DNA of 64,000 nt. Source: Anolis carolinensis (taxonomy: Eukaryota). The position numbers and the translations under genes were made by a program. The notes under the pieces are model-generated. The model saw only the letters and a list, made by a program, of their open reading frames with translations, searched no databases and was not told the DNA's origin. Below, one piece after another: positions 14,376 through 27,327 of this stretch (position 1 is the first letter of the stretch; each line of letters opens with the position of its first letter). The stretch is taken from positions 143,546,897 through 143,610,896 of the forward strand of contig NC_085845.1 of the NCBI RefSeq assembly GCF_035594765.1. The letters are read 5' to 3'.

Positions 14376-14633
14376 TATGCTGAAAGCACTGTAGATCACT
14401 GGATATGAAAGTATAACATTAAATATTTCCATTGTTGTTGTTTAAAACTGTAGAGGTTTGCACATCCTTTTTTGGCACTGATGGTTGCTTCAATGGGAAC
14501 CTGAGGAGTCCAGAGGCTGAACATGTTCATACATACAAATTCAGATATAAATCTTACCAATTTGGATATTTCCCATTCTGATACCATTTCCGCTGTGCTG
14601 ACATTGAAGTGGTTGGCCCATTAGAGGATCAAG

Positions 14634-15144
14634 ACTGGGCTGTGGCGCAGCTGATTAATCGCCAGTTGCATTAAATCATTACTGACCAAGAGGTCATGAG
14701 TTCAAAGCTAGCCCGGGTCAGAATAAGCTCCCGACTATTTAATAGTCTAGCTTGCTGTTGACCTATGCAGCCGAAAGACAGTTGCATCTGTCAGGTAGGA
14801 ATTTAGGTACCACTTATGTGGGGAGGCTAATTTAACTAATTTACAATGCCATAAAATCTCCAGCAGCGTACAGAAGAATGAGGAAGTATTCCATCAAGGA
14901 CTCGGTGACACAAGTGGACGGTGAAGGGTAGCTCCCCCTGTGGCCAGAATCAAGCATACCCTCATGAAGCTAGAAGCTGGAACATTAAATTGCCTCTGTC
15001 TGTCTATATATGGTTGGCTATATACGTCGTATGTCTAATGGCATTGAATGTTTGCCATGTATATGTGCATTGTGATCCGCCCTCAGTCCCCTTCGGGGTG
15101 AGAAGAGCAGAATATAAATACTGTCAATAAATAAATAAATAAAT
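14634..15144 (+). mobile_element. tRNA-derived SINE with L2-type tail, long form
   Basis: Head 'gggctgtggcgcagctg...gaggtcatgagttcaaag' and tail 'tgtgatccgccctcagtccccttcggggtgagaag...(TAAA)n'; homologous to 42640-42972 and 51455-51681. Confidence 0.8.
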
Positions 15145-17178
15145 ACACCACATTACTGGCTGGCTTTAACTCTAATTCAGATTAAAGTACCAGGACCACA
15201 GGCAAAGCACAGTTTTTAAATGTAAGCCTTCAATTTCTACACTTTCTCCTAACAAAATGGTTTTAAATACTTGCTTTTCAAATGACATTAAACTTTTCTG
15301 AACATTTCACAGACAACAAATTTCAATTAGCTCATGATGTTTTGATGTGTCAGAGGCTACTAATATTGTTATGTGAGAATGCACTGGAAAATCATGTAAA
15401 TTTTGTTTTAAAAGAAATTTTACAGGTACCTTTGCCAAGTATGAAATGCTAATTTATTCCTTTCTATTCCTCTAGTCCAAAGGGAGTATATGCATTTCAT
15501 TGAGCATTATGAATAGGAACTGACATTCAAACTGAAATAAACTTAAGTCATTAGTTTGGTCTTAGAAAAATGTCCCTCATGACTGAAAGCACAGTACAAT
15601 ATCCTGTAATAAAAGTGTTTTTATAGTACATGCATATCAATGTATGCTGTATGTTTAACTTTATTAAGGCACTGGGCATACTTAGAAATGCAACAGTTTT
15701 AAAATGTTTGTGGCTTATAATGTGATCAGTACAATTTCTGTTTATTCCCTGCATATTGTAAATAGATTCTGACATTCTGAAATGAAATGAACATGGTGCT
15801 TACATTTTTCTTTATCTCTTTCTTCTGCATGCCTGAGTTCTGAATTGTTTATCCTTAAAATGGTGAAATGTTCCAATTACATATAATATCTGCATAAAAT
15901 GCAGACTAATAATTCACAATGCAGCTTGAAACTGCCCCCAAGTTACTCAAATGTAGATACACTTTCATTATTTGTTATAGCCACTTTGGTTTTAAATATC
16001 ATTTATGGGAAATCAGAGCTGTGCCTGCTTGATAAAATATTTCCTCACTTCTTAGGCTCCCCAGATAGTTTACAAGTTCAAAGCTACGTAGTAGTTCCTT
16101 TCAGTCATTATTATTAATTTTGATTTTTAGATCATTAATCTCAAGAACCCAAATCAGGTTCTAACATGCATAAAAGTAGATTTGCAATCTAAATTCTAAA
16201 ACAAACATAAAGCAGCATCATAAAATCCTCGTAGTGATTTCAATAAAATTGCCCAAGCAGTACACTCATAGCAATTCAGGGCACACTTGGGGAGAGCAAT
16301 GTCAACAAGATGGTGAATCAGCATTTGTTATTAAGTGGAGTTTTAAAGAAAGTATCCAAGGTAGGAATAGAATTTCAGGAGAGGTTACAGAAGCTTGGAG
16401 AGCTCCTTCAGAGGATTTACTGCCTCATTCAGATAGTAGCCAGCAGACACCACTGTTGAATTATCAATTCAGTTTTATGCATTTGTTAGAGATTGCATGA
16501 TCTAAACTGCTCCTGTGGTCGGATGATATTCTCCCAGCCAGAGTCACCTGATTCTATCTGAAGAACCCATTGGAGAAAAGGATAGTATCATGTATCTTAC
16601 AAAGTGCTCAAGAGACTCAGAATGAATGTTAATCCGGCTATTCTGTTGTAATTAGCCTGATTAATTCCATTTTGACAATAGCTATATCTTGCCATGGCCT
16701 ACATTGTTTTGTTGAACTCTGCAATTTGTGATGTGATAGAAATGCTGTGACTGCAATGTTATGTGTCCAGGGCCATCCCATTGAATCTTATGGGATGTTC
16801 CACACCCTGAGAACATCCTCACAAACAATGAACACTTGCGGGAAACATCATGTGCAGGGGGACTTAGAACTTAGCTAAGAATTAGATATTGCTCATGCAT
16901 GCCTTGATTTTTTTATTCACATCTTGGAAGTTGTATAAAATACTTATATTTGAAATAAGCTGTAGCTGTTTCAACCAGTGATGTTAATAGGTTGGACTGT
17001 AGCAGTACAGTTCCTTTGACCAGCGTTATTGTCTGTTGCCTGTATGCCTTCAGTTTCAGGGCTCATGCTATTTTCATGATTTATATGGAAATATACTGTA
17101 GGGCTAATATTTCAGTCTTAGCCTACAAGAGGACTACAAAACCTTTCCAAGCCTGATTCCAGGAGGTATGGAAAGGAT

Positions 17179-18068
17179 TGTGATGTCCCAGAGACCCTCG
17201 GGTCATGATCCTGTATTCGTTGCGGACCAGAGCGACGAGGATATGGGGTTTATGCCGACTCAACAAGAGTCCGTTCCCTTCCAGATGCTCCCTGTTGACA
17301 GTTCAAGCCCAAAGCTCATTAAAAAAGGCCTTGGGGCCGAGCCTGTTCCCAGCAGTTCCCCTCCCTTTGATAGGAGGGTGTTTTGGGAATCAAGTCGCTC
17401 GGAGAAGGCTAACTTACGGAGGAGCGCGAGATTAGCAGCCAGAGAAACTGCTGACTAACCCGTTTCCCTTGAGAGTTTCCAGGGAGGCTTGCATCTGGCG
17501 AAGATGTTGTCTCTAGCCAGTTTTTCCCTTGGGAAAAGTGTTGGACACCTGTTTTGAAGGGAGATTTGAAGTCCCTTAAAAGTTCTGCGCGCTGGCTAGC
17601 CAGCGCGGTGTCAACGTGTCAGTTGGAGGATTAACTTCGCTTCTAGTTCCTTGTGGCGCGCTACTCTCGAGTAGACCGGGCGATGCGCCTCGCCTTCTAG
17701 TCAAGTCTGGACCACGTTTGGATCCACTATCTTCAGCCTTGCCTTGCCTTGTTTCCTTGCCTTGCCTTGAACTCCTTTGCCTTGGACTAGCTTCCTGAGA
17801 CTCTTGCAAATGACCTGGATTATTCCCCACTCAAACTGCTTGGAAGTTTGAGTGTGTTTCGGTTAATTGGATTTTCATCTTTAAACTCTAATACTGGACA
17901 TTGGACTTTATAATACTGGACTATATTTGACCTTTCCCAGAAGGTCTATTGTTGGACTATATATTCTGTTTATTTTTGTTTCATTTCTTCAATTCTTTAA
18001 TAAAGATATTAGATTGTTTATTGGTTTGGTGTCTGGTTTCCAGTGCTCACGCGGCCTAGAGCATCACA
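17179..18068 (+). mobile_element. Solo LTR, 890 bp, probably Ty3/Gypsy
   Basis: Inverted termini TGTGATG...CATCACA, perfect 5-bp TSD AGGAT (17174-17178 / 18069-18073), AATAAA near 18000, retained CpGs. Confidence 0.88.
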
Positions 18069-18269
18069 AGGATTTCAGGACACACATGGCATCTATTTCA
18101 CTTGGGAAGTGTATGTTTTAATCTAAATTTTATATGATAGGTGCTCAGTCCTATCCACAGAAGTAGGCTCAGCACCTATAAAACCTATAGTAGATTCTTG
18201 GCTATCAGCCATCATTGGATACATATGGGGAGGGGAAAGAAATAAAGTCCTGTAACAATAATGGGCATC

Positions 18270-18487
18270 CACTTGTAAGCCTCCTGTTACCTTATGATGA
18301 CCACATGAATTTCACAGGATTGTTTTAGGGAAGGAAGAATGATAGATTGTTTTGCTAGTTCTTTCCCCTGAAATATAGCTTAGAGCATGTGGTATTCATT
18401 GGTGGTCTCCTCATTGAAGTACTAACTAGAATTGATCCTGCTAGCTTCTAAGATTAGACAGGATCTGGTGCCTTTATGGTATTTTGG
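18270..18487 (-). mobile_element. 5S rRNA-derived SINE (5S-Sauria-like), degenerate
   Basis: Reverse complement 'gcaccagatcctgtctaatcttagaagctagcaggatc...gttagtactt...gagaccaccaatgaatacca' aligns with vertebrate 5S rRNA and is followed by a non-5S body. Confidence 0.75.
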
Positions 18488-20162
18488 TTCCTGAGACTAC
18501 ACCAGAAGAGCTAGGCATTCCTAGAGAGGTAATATTAAACAAATACACGAATGATCAAATATACAAAAGACAAGCCCAAAATATGGGGATGTATGTGGAG
18601 GTTGTAATAGATATGGTATTAGATGAAGAGAAAAAAAGAGCAGTGCACAAGTGAAGCTATTTGTGAGAAAACACGATGCCCTGAATGCCTATTAGAAGTA
18701 TTCACAGATTTTCCATTCATCATGTCATGATAATTTTAATAACAGAAGTTTTTTTAAAAGCCACACACACACATACATATCTATTGGTTAATGTGCCTTG
18801 TACAAGATCGGCTCAGAATCATTCATTTTGTGCATTTTATCTGTACAAAGATAATGGAACTTTAATGCAAGAGTTAAAAATATGTGTTTTCATTTCAAAT
18901 TATGTAAGTAATCTTAAACCACACAGTAGCTTTTATGGGGAATCAGTTTTTAATTATGCTAGATAAATGACTGCAATACGTCCTTGTTAAGAATTTCATT
19001 TCCTCAGATGGAAATCAAATTATATGTAAGGAACAATTTGTGAAAGAAAAAGCCCCTCAGTTTGCTAACATAAAATTTGAGTTCTTTGACTGTTCCTAAT
19101 AACTGTTCTGTGTGAAAATGGTTATTCATAGAAACAGCATAATTTTATGACATGTTATGGCATTTTAAATATATCAAACAGCACAATCCTAGGCATATCT
19201 ACCCAGAGCCAAAGCCTTATTGAATTATATATTGTATTAGAACAAGACTTGGGAACATGTAGCTGCAGTTCTTCCCATCTCTCAGCCAGTTTTTCTAGTT
19301 GAGGCTGATAGGAGCTATAGTCTCAAAATGTGTTGGCACTGCAGCTCCCATTATCCAAACCAGAAATGTTTGCTCAGAGATGGTCAGAACTGCAGTCCTG
19401 CATGTAATCAATTTCTCTTTAAAACAGTTTAAACAGTCACTGGTGTGCTCATATTACACAAACTTTGGGGACACTTTTATCTCCTTAACACTATTTTAGG
19501 ATCATTATTTCTCTTCCAGGAGATGGAAAAAAATGACAATGTTCTATTTCACAAATGAAGGCATCAAAAAGAACAAAGAAAACTGCATTCTCAATGTATT
19601 GTCAAGCATAAGGATACTTAGAGAACTGATAAGTCCAGATTCAACAAAATGTTCCAGAGCAGACCAAAAAAGAATTCAGAAACTATCATTTTAAGAATAT
19701 CCTATTTCAATGAGATATTAGAGTTGGCAGTAATTGAAGTTCATTTGAATTGCATCCCTGGGAAGCTGTATACCATTTGTGCATTACTTGCAAAAGACTA
19801 ATCAAAATGATGTCTACTGTGCTTTGAAAAGCTTATGCTTATTATCTGATCTAAGTCCTTATTCACTTCAATGGGAAAAGTTTATTTTCCTGTGTAAACT
19901 CCAGCCCCGGGCCCTGATATGGACTGAGATTTTTGCAAGAAGCATAGTATTAAACTTCCCTGCCCATGTCGAGGACCAGCTTGGATTAGATCTTCAGTGC
20001 TTCTTTTGATTAAGAAAAAGATGGAAATAGTTTCATTCTAGATACTCAATGTATGCCTGTTTCTGGGTCTCCATCTTCAGCTTTCATGTAGGCCATCCAG
20101 AACTTTGTCTCAAAAAGGACATGTTTGTATAACCATGGCATTAGTGTCCTACTTCTCAACTA

Positions 20163-20485
20163 CAGTAGAGTCTCACTTATCCAACACTCGCTTATCCAAT
20201 GTTCTGGATTATCCAATGCATTTTTGTAGTCAATGTTTTCAATACATTGTGATATTTTGGTGCTAAATTCGTAAATACAATAATTACTACATAGCATTAC
20301 TGCATATTGAACTACTTTTTCTGTCAAATTTGTTGTATAACATGATGTTTTGGTGCTTAATTTGTAAAATCATAACCTAATTTGACGTTTAATAGGCTTT
20401 TCCTTAATCCCTCCTTATTATCCAACATATTCGCTTATCCAACATTCTGCCAGCCTGTTTATGTAGGATAAGTGAGACTCTACTG
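20163..20485. mobile_element. Tc1/mariner (Tigger/pogo-like) MITE
   Basis: TIRs CAGTAGAGTCTCACTTATCC / GGATAAGTGAGACTCTACTG flanked by TA; inverted copy at 61044. Confidence 0.9.
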
Positions 20486-20802
20486 TACATTAACTGTACA
20501 GCATCTTCCAAAGACTAACTTGCTTCAGCCATAAGATGCTTCCGCTAAAGTTTTGCAATTTTATCTCTCATTGAGGGCCAGAACAGACATTAAAACAGAG
20601 CTCTGTAAGGTATTTTTTCTAAAGTGGAAAAGGAGGCAGTTCTCAGAGATTAGATGACATTAGAAGCACTAATACACAAAGGGACTACTTTTGATCTTTT
20701 AACAGCAGCTTCTCAAGACAGTTTTAAATATTCAAATAAGGTTAAACAAAACTGTTCTCCATGTCTAGTCTTGTTCTGAGAAATTCACATTAAAGATAAT
20801 AA

Positions 20803-20932
20803 GGTCTCTTCCACACAGCTGTATAAAATCCACATTGAACTGGATTATATGACAATGTGGACTCAGATAATCCATTTCAAAGCAAATATTGTGGATTATC
20901 TGCCTTGATATTATGGGTTATATGGCTGTATG
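20803..20932. mobile_element. Short Harbinger-like MITE, one end lost
   Basis: Starts 'ggtctcttccacacagctgtataaaatccacattgaac'; reverse-complement homolog at 24158-24296. Confidence 0.7.
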
Positions 20933-22077
20933 GTTACATCACAATATAACTTCGCTGCCACCAATCTAATTGTATTGGTCTACGACCACACCATTCTTCA
21001 GTCTTCCCTGTCCCACTGGCCCACCGACCACCGGCATCAGTTCACAGAGCCACTCAAAAATGAAGGGAAACTCTGATTTAAAGAGTGATGGCTATTATGC
21101 AGACAGGCCCCTATATTGATGCGCAGAAAGGCACACTAAATTCTTGTGGTGAAGTACAAACAGATTTGTGAAGTTTATTCTAGAACAAGAAGGCTGCTCA
21201 GATAGGTTCACACACTGGCCTGGCAAGATAGGCCCATTCCATTACAAAGGGCCCTTACTCAAGTTTTTTCTTCACTTGCTTCAAAAATATTTTGTTTGTT
21301 TGTTATGTGCCATTAAGTATATCATACTTCTGGTATCTTTTCTTTATATTGTTAATTCTTTTTCTATTTCGTTCACCATTCATAATTAGAAACCATGAAT
21401 GATACACCATTTATTGGAGAAAGCTATTGACTTTTGTAGGCATCAGATGGTGGTGATAATTTTAGTTGCAGCAGAACACTTTCTATGTGTGATACTTTTA
21501 TTGCACAGCACATATGCTGACACTATCATTTCATGAGCCACTGTTCTGAGAAGCCACATTTGAAGGATCTTTTGCTTCTGCTGGAAAATATATTGAGAAA
21601 GGTGAAGGTTTATCCCTGTGTTAGGGAATCTTTCACAACCTGTAATGTGTAATTTGCTGTGCCTAACATTTAGAAATAGCTTCCAGATATGTTTAAAGTG
21701 CAGCACATTGAATGCACAAATTGAATACAGCTTTGTCACCTGATGATGTCCTTTAATTTGAATCCCATTATATTATGCATGCATCTATGTTTGTGTAGTT
21801 CATTATGACCATATAACTAAAGAAAACACAATGTGGATATGGACGTGAGCTTTAAACACTGCACTTGCTGTGAACTTTGCAATGTTGTGGATTATATAGA
21901 TTTTAGATGTGAGGGAAGAAGAGAAGGAACAAAAGCAATTTGAATGAAATGCTACTGTTGTAAACAAATTCTAGTAAGATGTACAGATTAAAAAGCACCA
22001 TGTTCGCAAAGAGAATAAAAGGTTGATAAAATTATAATGAGGTGATTGATGGAGGAGTGTGTTTATATGTGTGTATT

Positions 22078-22215
22078 ACTGTGGGCCCTTGGGTATCTGC
22101 TAGGGCTTTGTTCTGATGTCCTTTATGGATACCAAAAACCAGGGATGCTCAATTCCCCTTACAATGGAATAGTAAAATAGAAATTCATATATAAAATGAG
22201 AAAATCAAGGTTTGC

Positions 22216-22255
<40 letters not shown>

Positions 22256-22305
22256 TTTTAAGCCATGGATGGTTGAATGAGGGTGTGGAATCTGACTATG
22301 ACTGT
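22078..22305. mobile_element. Degenerate Tigger-like MITE containing (TG)n
   Basis: 'ggcccttgggtatctgc...ggataccaaaaaccagggatgctcaa...atggatggttgaat'; (TG)n at 22221-22252. Confidence 0.5.
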
Positions 22306-23246
22306 TACTGCCTTTTATCTCTCTTATTGGGATAAAGGAAGACTATAAATGAAATAAGGTGAGATTTTATAGTACAATTATGTCTCCAGTAATTTGCAGC
22401 TTTTGCCCTCAAACCAATTTTAGGCATAGCAATCTGACCGCCCACACCGCAAAATCGGTTTCTCCCAAACCAGTATCAATGTAGAAGGCCCAGGGTGTGG
22501 ATCTGATAGAAAAGGAGACAGTTGACAGAGAGAGGGTTTGGAATTCAAAAAAGGCAGAACAGTTATTCAGAAGGTAAAACTGATTCTGAACATGGAAAGA
22601 GGCAAAAGAATATAATCAAAGGTTCATGTATACTGTATTCTAATAACCATTTAAGATTCCTTTTATAAACTGTCTGGTTGTCTCTATCAAGACAGAGAAG
22701 GAGTAAGACTACATCTAATATATAGAAATCACACAACTACACAGCTATAGGACCCAATCCAGAAAATAGGGAAACAAGGATTACAAGGGTTGGAACTGAG
22801 GAGCCAGCCTGAGAGAAGGAATATGTCACACTTTGGGTATGGGGAACTGAGGCCATTATCCCTCTCAAAAAGAAAGGAAGGAAACAGGAAGAGGAACAAA
22901 CTCCCACCCAAAGAAACTTTCCTCAAAATTCTAACTCTGGAGTAGTTGACATTTTCACTTGAGTATTTCAAAACATCATTCCACAAGGGAGATAGGTTTT
23001 CAAGGGAATGTGAAAACAACAAGTAGTATTCTAGCTGTGAGCAATTTTAAATGTTTCACTCACCACAATGCTTGAAAGTTAGAAACGGAAGGAAAACTTT
23101 ATTATCGAGCAGAATTCTCGCCTGGAGGGGCTACCAGATCTCTAACTGTATTGTGCTATGAGAGTAAACTCAAAAACAAGTGAAAGAGTTTCAGAAATTG
23201 ATAAGTCAATTCCAGTTGCTAAGTTAGCAACAATATTCTAAACTTG

Positions 23247-23778
23247 GGGCCCATCCAGACAGGCTCATATCTTGGCTTTACCGGAGGCATCCAAACAAAT
23301 TGTTCTGAATTAATGAGATTTCCCATTAGATCAAGGTGTTCTTGGTCTAATGGGGTCTTTGGCCTGTGGGGGAAATTCCCCACAAACATTCCACTTCTTT
23401 GGGCTTCCAAAAGTCAGGATAAGTGGGATGGCACCCCACCTCCCCCCAGCCCCCCATTTATCTCTAAAAATTAAGGAAAAAATTTGGTCGTCATAACTTT
23501 TCTCCTCATGGCCTCCTGGTGTGAGGAAATGACACACCAGGAGATGGGGGTTGAAGAGGGATTTTCCTCCCTCTGATCTCCTGGCCCAATATCCCCCCAG
23601 CTCCCGTCTCCTGGTGCACGAGGAGCAAAGTTATGGTGGCCAGGTAAATTGGGGGAGGCCACCCCACCCCCAAGAAAGTCCAGGATTTTTTTATAGGTGG
23701 AGTGGGGATGGGAATCTACATCAAAGCAAGTTTTTAAAATCATTTTGGAGCATATTTTGGCACTGTCTGGAAGAGCTC
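23247..23778. mobile_element. PIF/Harbinger-like MITE
   Basis: TIRs 'gggcccatccagacag' / 'ctgtctggaagagctc'; internal similarity to 6571-6997. Confidence 0.65.
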
Positions 23779-24157
23779 TTAGAAAGTATTCAATGAAGTT
23801 GAATCCTTCATTGTAATAATTTAGTCCTTGTGTTTCTAGAATTACTTTAGCTCAGCATAGATCACGGTACATTAGCTCTGTTTTTGTCAAGGGATATCCA
23901 GTTATTCCATAGCAGAGGTGTGATTCCTCGTTCAAACTTCAATATATTTTCCTCACCACATACTTTCAAAATCAGAATCATGTGTACTGGCTGTTCTGCC
24001 TGATAACTAAATTCGTAGGGTCAGTATAATTCATACATAACTTGAAGATACAATAATCAAATGGGAGGAACACACGCATGGCCATCTCATGGACTATGTG
24101 GCTTCTCTGACCATTTTAGGATGAGGAGCCCTCAGTGGTATAAATGTTTCCAACTAA

Positions 24158-24296
24158 GAACCCTTTCACAAAGCCATATAACCCAGAATATCAAGGCATA
24201 CAATCCACAATATCTGATTGAATTTGATTTTCTGAATCCACACTGCCATATAATTCAGTTCAATGTAGATTTTATACAGCTGTGTGGAAAGAGCCT
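24158..24296. mobile_element. Short Harbinger-like MITE
   Basis: Inverted homolog of 20803-20932; ends 'gctgtgtggaaagagcc'. Confidence 0.72.
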
Positions 24297-25419
24297 GAGT
24301 TACCCTCTGCTCAATCGAGTAGGTGCCAAAAGACAAAGCAAAAGACCAGCCCAGGAACTGAAAATGTGCCTAAAAACTGGAAAACATCAACTCACTATAA
24401 ATGTAGAAAACGATGTCATTGACCATCTTTTTTGGAAAACAAATTTTAAAAATCACTGATCTGTGCTATTTATAAGAAAGCTTAAAGTTATGCTAAAATC
24501 CTCCACAAATTGGCTTAGTTTGGAATGTGTCACCTGTTTTTTAAGCAGCCAAATAAAACCTTTTGCTTCTTCTGCCTGTTTGATAAGATCATTTAATCTC
24601 ATCTTGCTGTTTTCTGAAGACTAGGTCTGAGATAGCCCTTTTGGTAATTAAATTCTGTTGCTTTATTCTTTCCAGATGAGCTTTGGCAAGAATTAAAAAA
24701 TTCCATTTGAAGATTAAAGGTCTCTGTTTCTTAAGGAGTTTGGGTCCGTTCACCCTTTTAATCACAAATCTTCCTTAAGTCTTACTACAATGACAGCAAT
24801 TTCATAATCCTTTGTGATATACCAGATTGTATTCATGATATTTCAGTTCAAAATGAGTCAGATTTTTTCTCCCTTTTCAAAGTAATATTCCATTAATCCA
24901 TTAAGAGTCAAGTAGAAATTATAATTTGATACATAGTCCATATGCGAATTCTGTCTTCTGGAGGCATTTTGATAAATGTAGTGTACTTTACCTTTGCCAG
25001 GCATATGCTTTAATGATTGACAGGGAGCTATTCCTTAAGAAGTCTACCAAGCATTGCAAGAAAGAAAAATTCTGTGCATGCATTCCTACAGCATCAGGTA
25101 CTTCTATTAAAAGTAAGTTAGAGAATTTAAGTTTTGTTAATTTTGTGCAATTTCATTTTTATATTTGAGATTGAAAGAATATTTGAATAGAAGAAAAACT
25201 TGAATCAAGAGATTTTCCCACAAGACCTTTAATGTTTAAAATTCTGATTTTTGAATCCTAGTTTCTTTAATTATGCATAAACTAATGTTGCCACAATTTT
25301 TTATCTGAGAAGCGCCTCATATTTAACATCTATCTAGAAGGCGTATAGCCCACCTGTTATTGGAAATAGCTGTACACACTGAATGTGGCTGATAGAACCA
25401 GATGAGAGGTTTCCAGCAC

Positions 25420-25772
25420 CTGGACCTCCTCTTCTGGGACCTCCGAGGAACAAAGGGAAGGAGGGACAGAGGGAGGGAGGGCCTAAGCAAGCCCCAGGCC
25501 TCAAAACAGCCTCCGTGTGTGTTGACACGGATGTGATGCGCCTCTATTGGCCCCTGCTGAAGAAGAGCCAGAACTTTGCTGTCTACGGGTACAGGACCTA
25601 TGCCATCAGAAGAATAAAAGATGCTTTCAGAGAAAACAAAAACATCAATGATTCAACAGAAATTGAAACACTACTAAACAAAGCAAAAACTAATCTGAAA
25701 ATCATATGCCGGCAGCTAGATATTCTTACCCTGCTCTGTAAGACTGTCTGGAGATTTGGAGTTCTACATTAG
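25420..25772 (+). pseudogene. LYRM4: Processed (retro)copy of LYRM4/ISD11 with lost start codon and non-canonical C-terminus
   Basis: 25506-25715 encodes 'VMRLYWPLLKKSQNFAVYGYRTYAIRRIKDAFRENKNINDSTEIETLLNKAKTNLKIICRQ', which closely matches vertebrate LYRM4 (YRTYAVRRIRDAFRENKNV...NKAK..L..IRRQ). No intron is present. The ATG-equivalent position reads ACA and LYR has become LYW. Confidence 0.88.
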
Positions 25773-27192
25773 CAATGGCACAGCTCTGTAGTTCATTAAC
25801 TAAAAGTTGGGAACTTTTGACTCTGTGTTCAGTCAAAATATAGAAAATAGCCTGAGTTTACTGAGGCTGAATGCACCGAAGCGGAATCCAAGCAAGATGG
25901 AACTGGTATTACAATGAGAGGAACATTTCACCATTTGTCAGTAAGATTGCTGTAACTCCCAGAAGCAGTCCCAATGATCAGCAGTTCTGTTGGATTCAGT
26001 AATGTACTGATATGAAATAAATGTAGAGCCAGGGATATATCCACCCAGTTCAACAGCAGTTGCAATGTCTTAATTCAACTTTTAGTTCCAAGGAAACAGA
26101 TTTGATATTCCACCTTAGCTGGCTTTTAATGACTTAAATATTGATGATTTAACTGATAATTATTGAAATTACATGTTTTAACTTATGTGCACTACAAATA
26201 AAAGTATTATTTGTGTCAATGAGTTTTGAGAACACATTAATTTTGACAAAACACATCATTTTTGTATAAAATAAAATAAAATTGGGTAGCCTTTGCGTGT
26301 GTGCACAAAATGATCCCCAACTGCAAAACGGAAAAGACAAAAAATGCACATAAACACTTGATTTTTTTTCAACAAATGGGAAGAAAGTGTTAGAAATCTT
26401 TTGGTCTGATTTGTGAAAATGAAACAAAAAAATTATATTCCTTATTCTTCCTCTTTCATCATTCCCATCTTTCTCTTTGGTACAGTATGTGTCAGCTTCA
26501 AAATAGTCGTTCATTTGGCCTGAAAAAAAATTAATGGGAACAATAATCTGAGAAGAATTCCCCATCCTGCTTTGAAGGAAAATGTTATATATAACTGTTG
26601 GGTTATCTAGCAATCATGCATGCATTTTCAATGTGGGATGGTTTATGTAGTTAGTTTTGCTTGTTGCTTAGTAACCTGAGCAAAGCTGCATTCCAGAGTT
26701 GATGGCACCATTTTGGGGTTTTTGCATGTGATGTGGGAAATGGGAGTATACTTCTTGGAGACTTACAGGAAGTGACATATGCCTTTAGAATTTGGTGCAT
26801 AAAAGGAGAGACTTTCTTTTGTTCTTCCTCTCTTTGGCTCTTCATGCTCTTCCTGTTTCTTGATCCTGCCATGCCATGCTGATGTTAATTCTTTGTTAAG
26901 AGATATGTAGTATCCTGAACTGTATTCTTTTGGAACGAAGATGTTTTTACCTGTATGACCATCATCATACAAGATTGTGAGTAAACATATTTTTACTATT
27001 TTACTTTTGATGTCTCTGATGCTTATTTTATGTGCATGACTCTTTAAAGGGAAAGGGAGGCTGGCTATTTTTGCTTTTCTCACCTCTGCTCACATAAACC
27101 CCTAGTCTTCTGCGTTTTTGCTACTCTGCACCAATATCTAACCATATTGGTATCATAATCCTAACAGGTTATGAATATATTCCTAATAATAA

Positions 27193-27327
27193 CAGTGGTT
27201 CTCAATCTGTGGGTCCCTAGGTGTCTTGGCCTACAACTCCCAGAAATCCCAGCCAGTTTACCAGCTGTTGGGATTTCTGGGAGTTGAAGGCCAAAACATC
27301 TGGGGGCCCACAGGTTGAGGACCACTG
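27193..27327. mobile_element. hAT (Charlie-type) palindromic MITE
   Basis: TIRs CAGTGGTTCTCAA / TTGAGGACCACTG; internal inverted arms 'caactcccagaaatccca' / 'tgggatttctgggagttg'; no TSD evident. Confidence 0.85.

Noticed and set aside
18380-18487. 5S rRNA gene
   Set aside because: Too diverged and joined to a SINE body; treated as a 5S-derived SINE
23219-23410. 'YEPVWMGPKFRILL' resembling the retroviral integrase GPY/F motif
   Set aside because: It overlaps the TIR of a non-coding MITE, and no other integrase motifs occur in neighbouring frames
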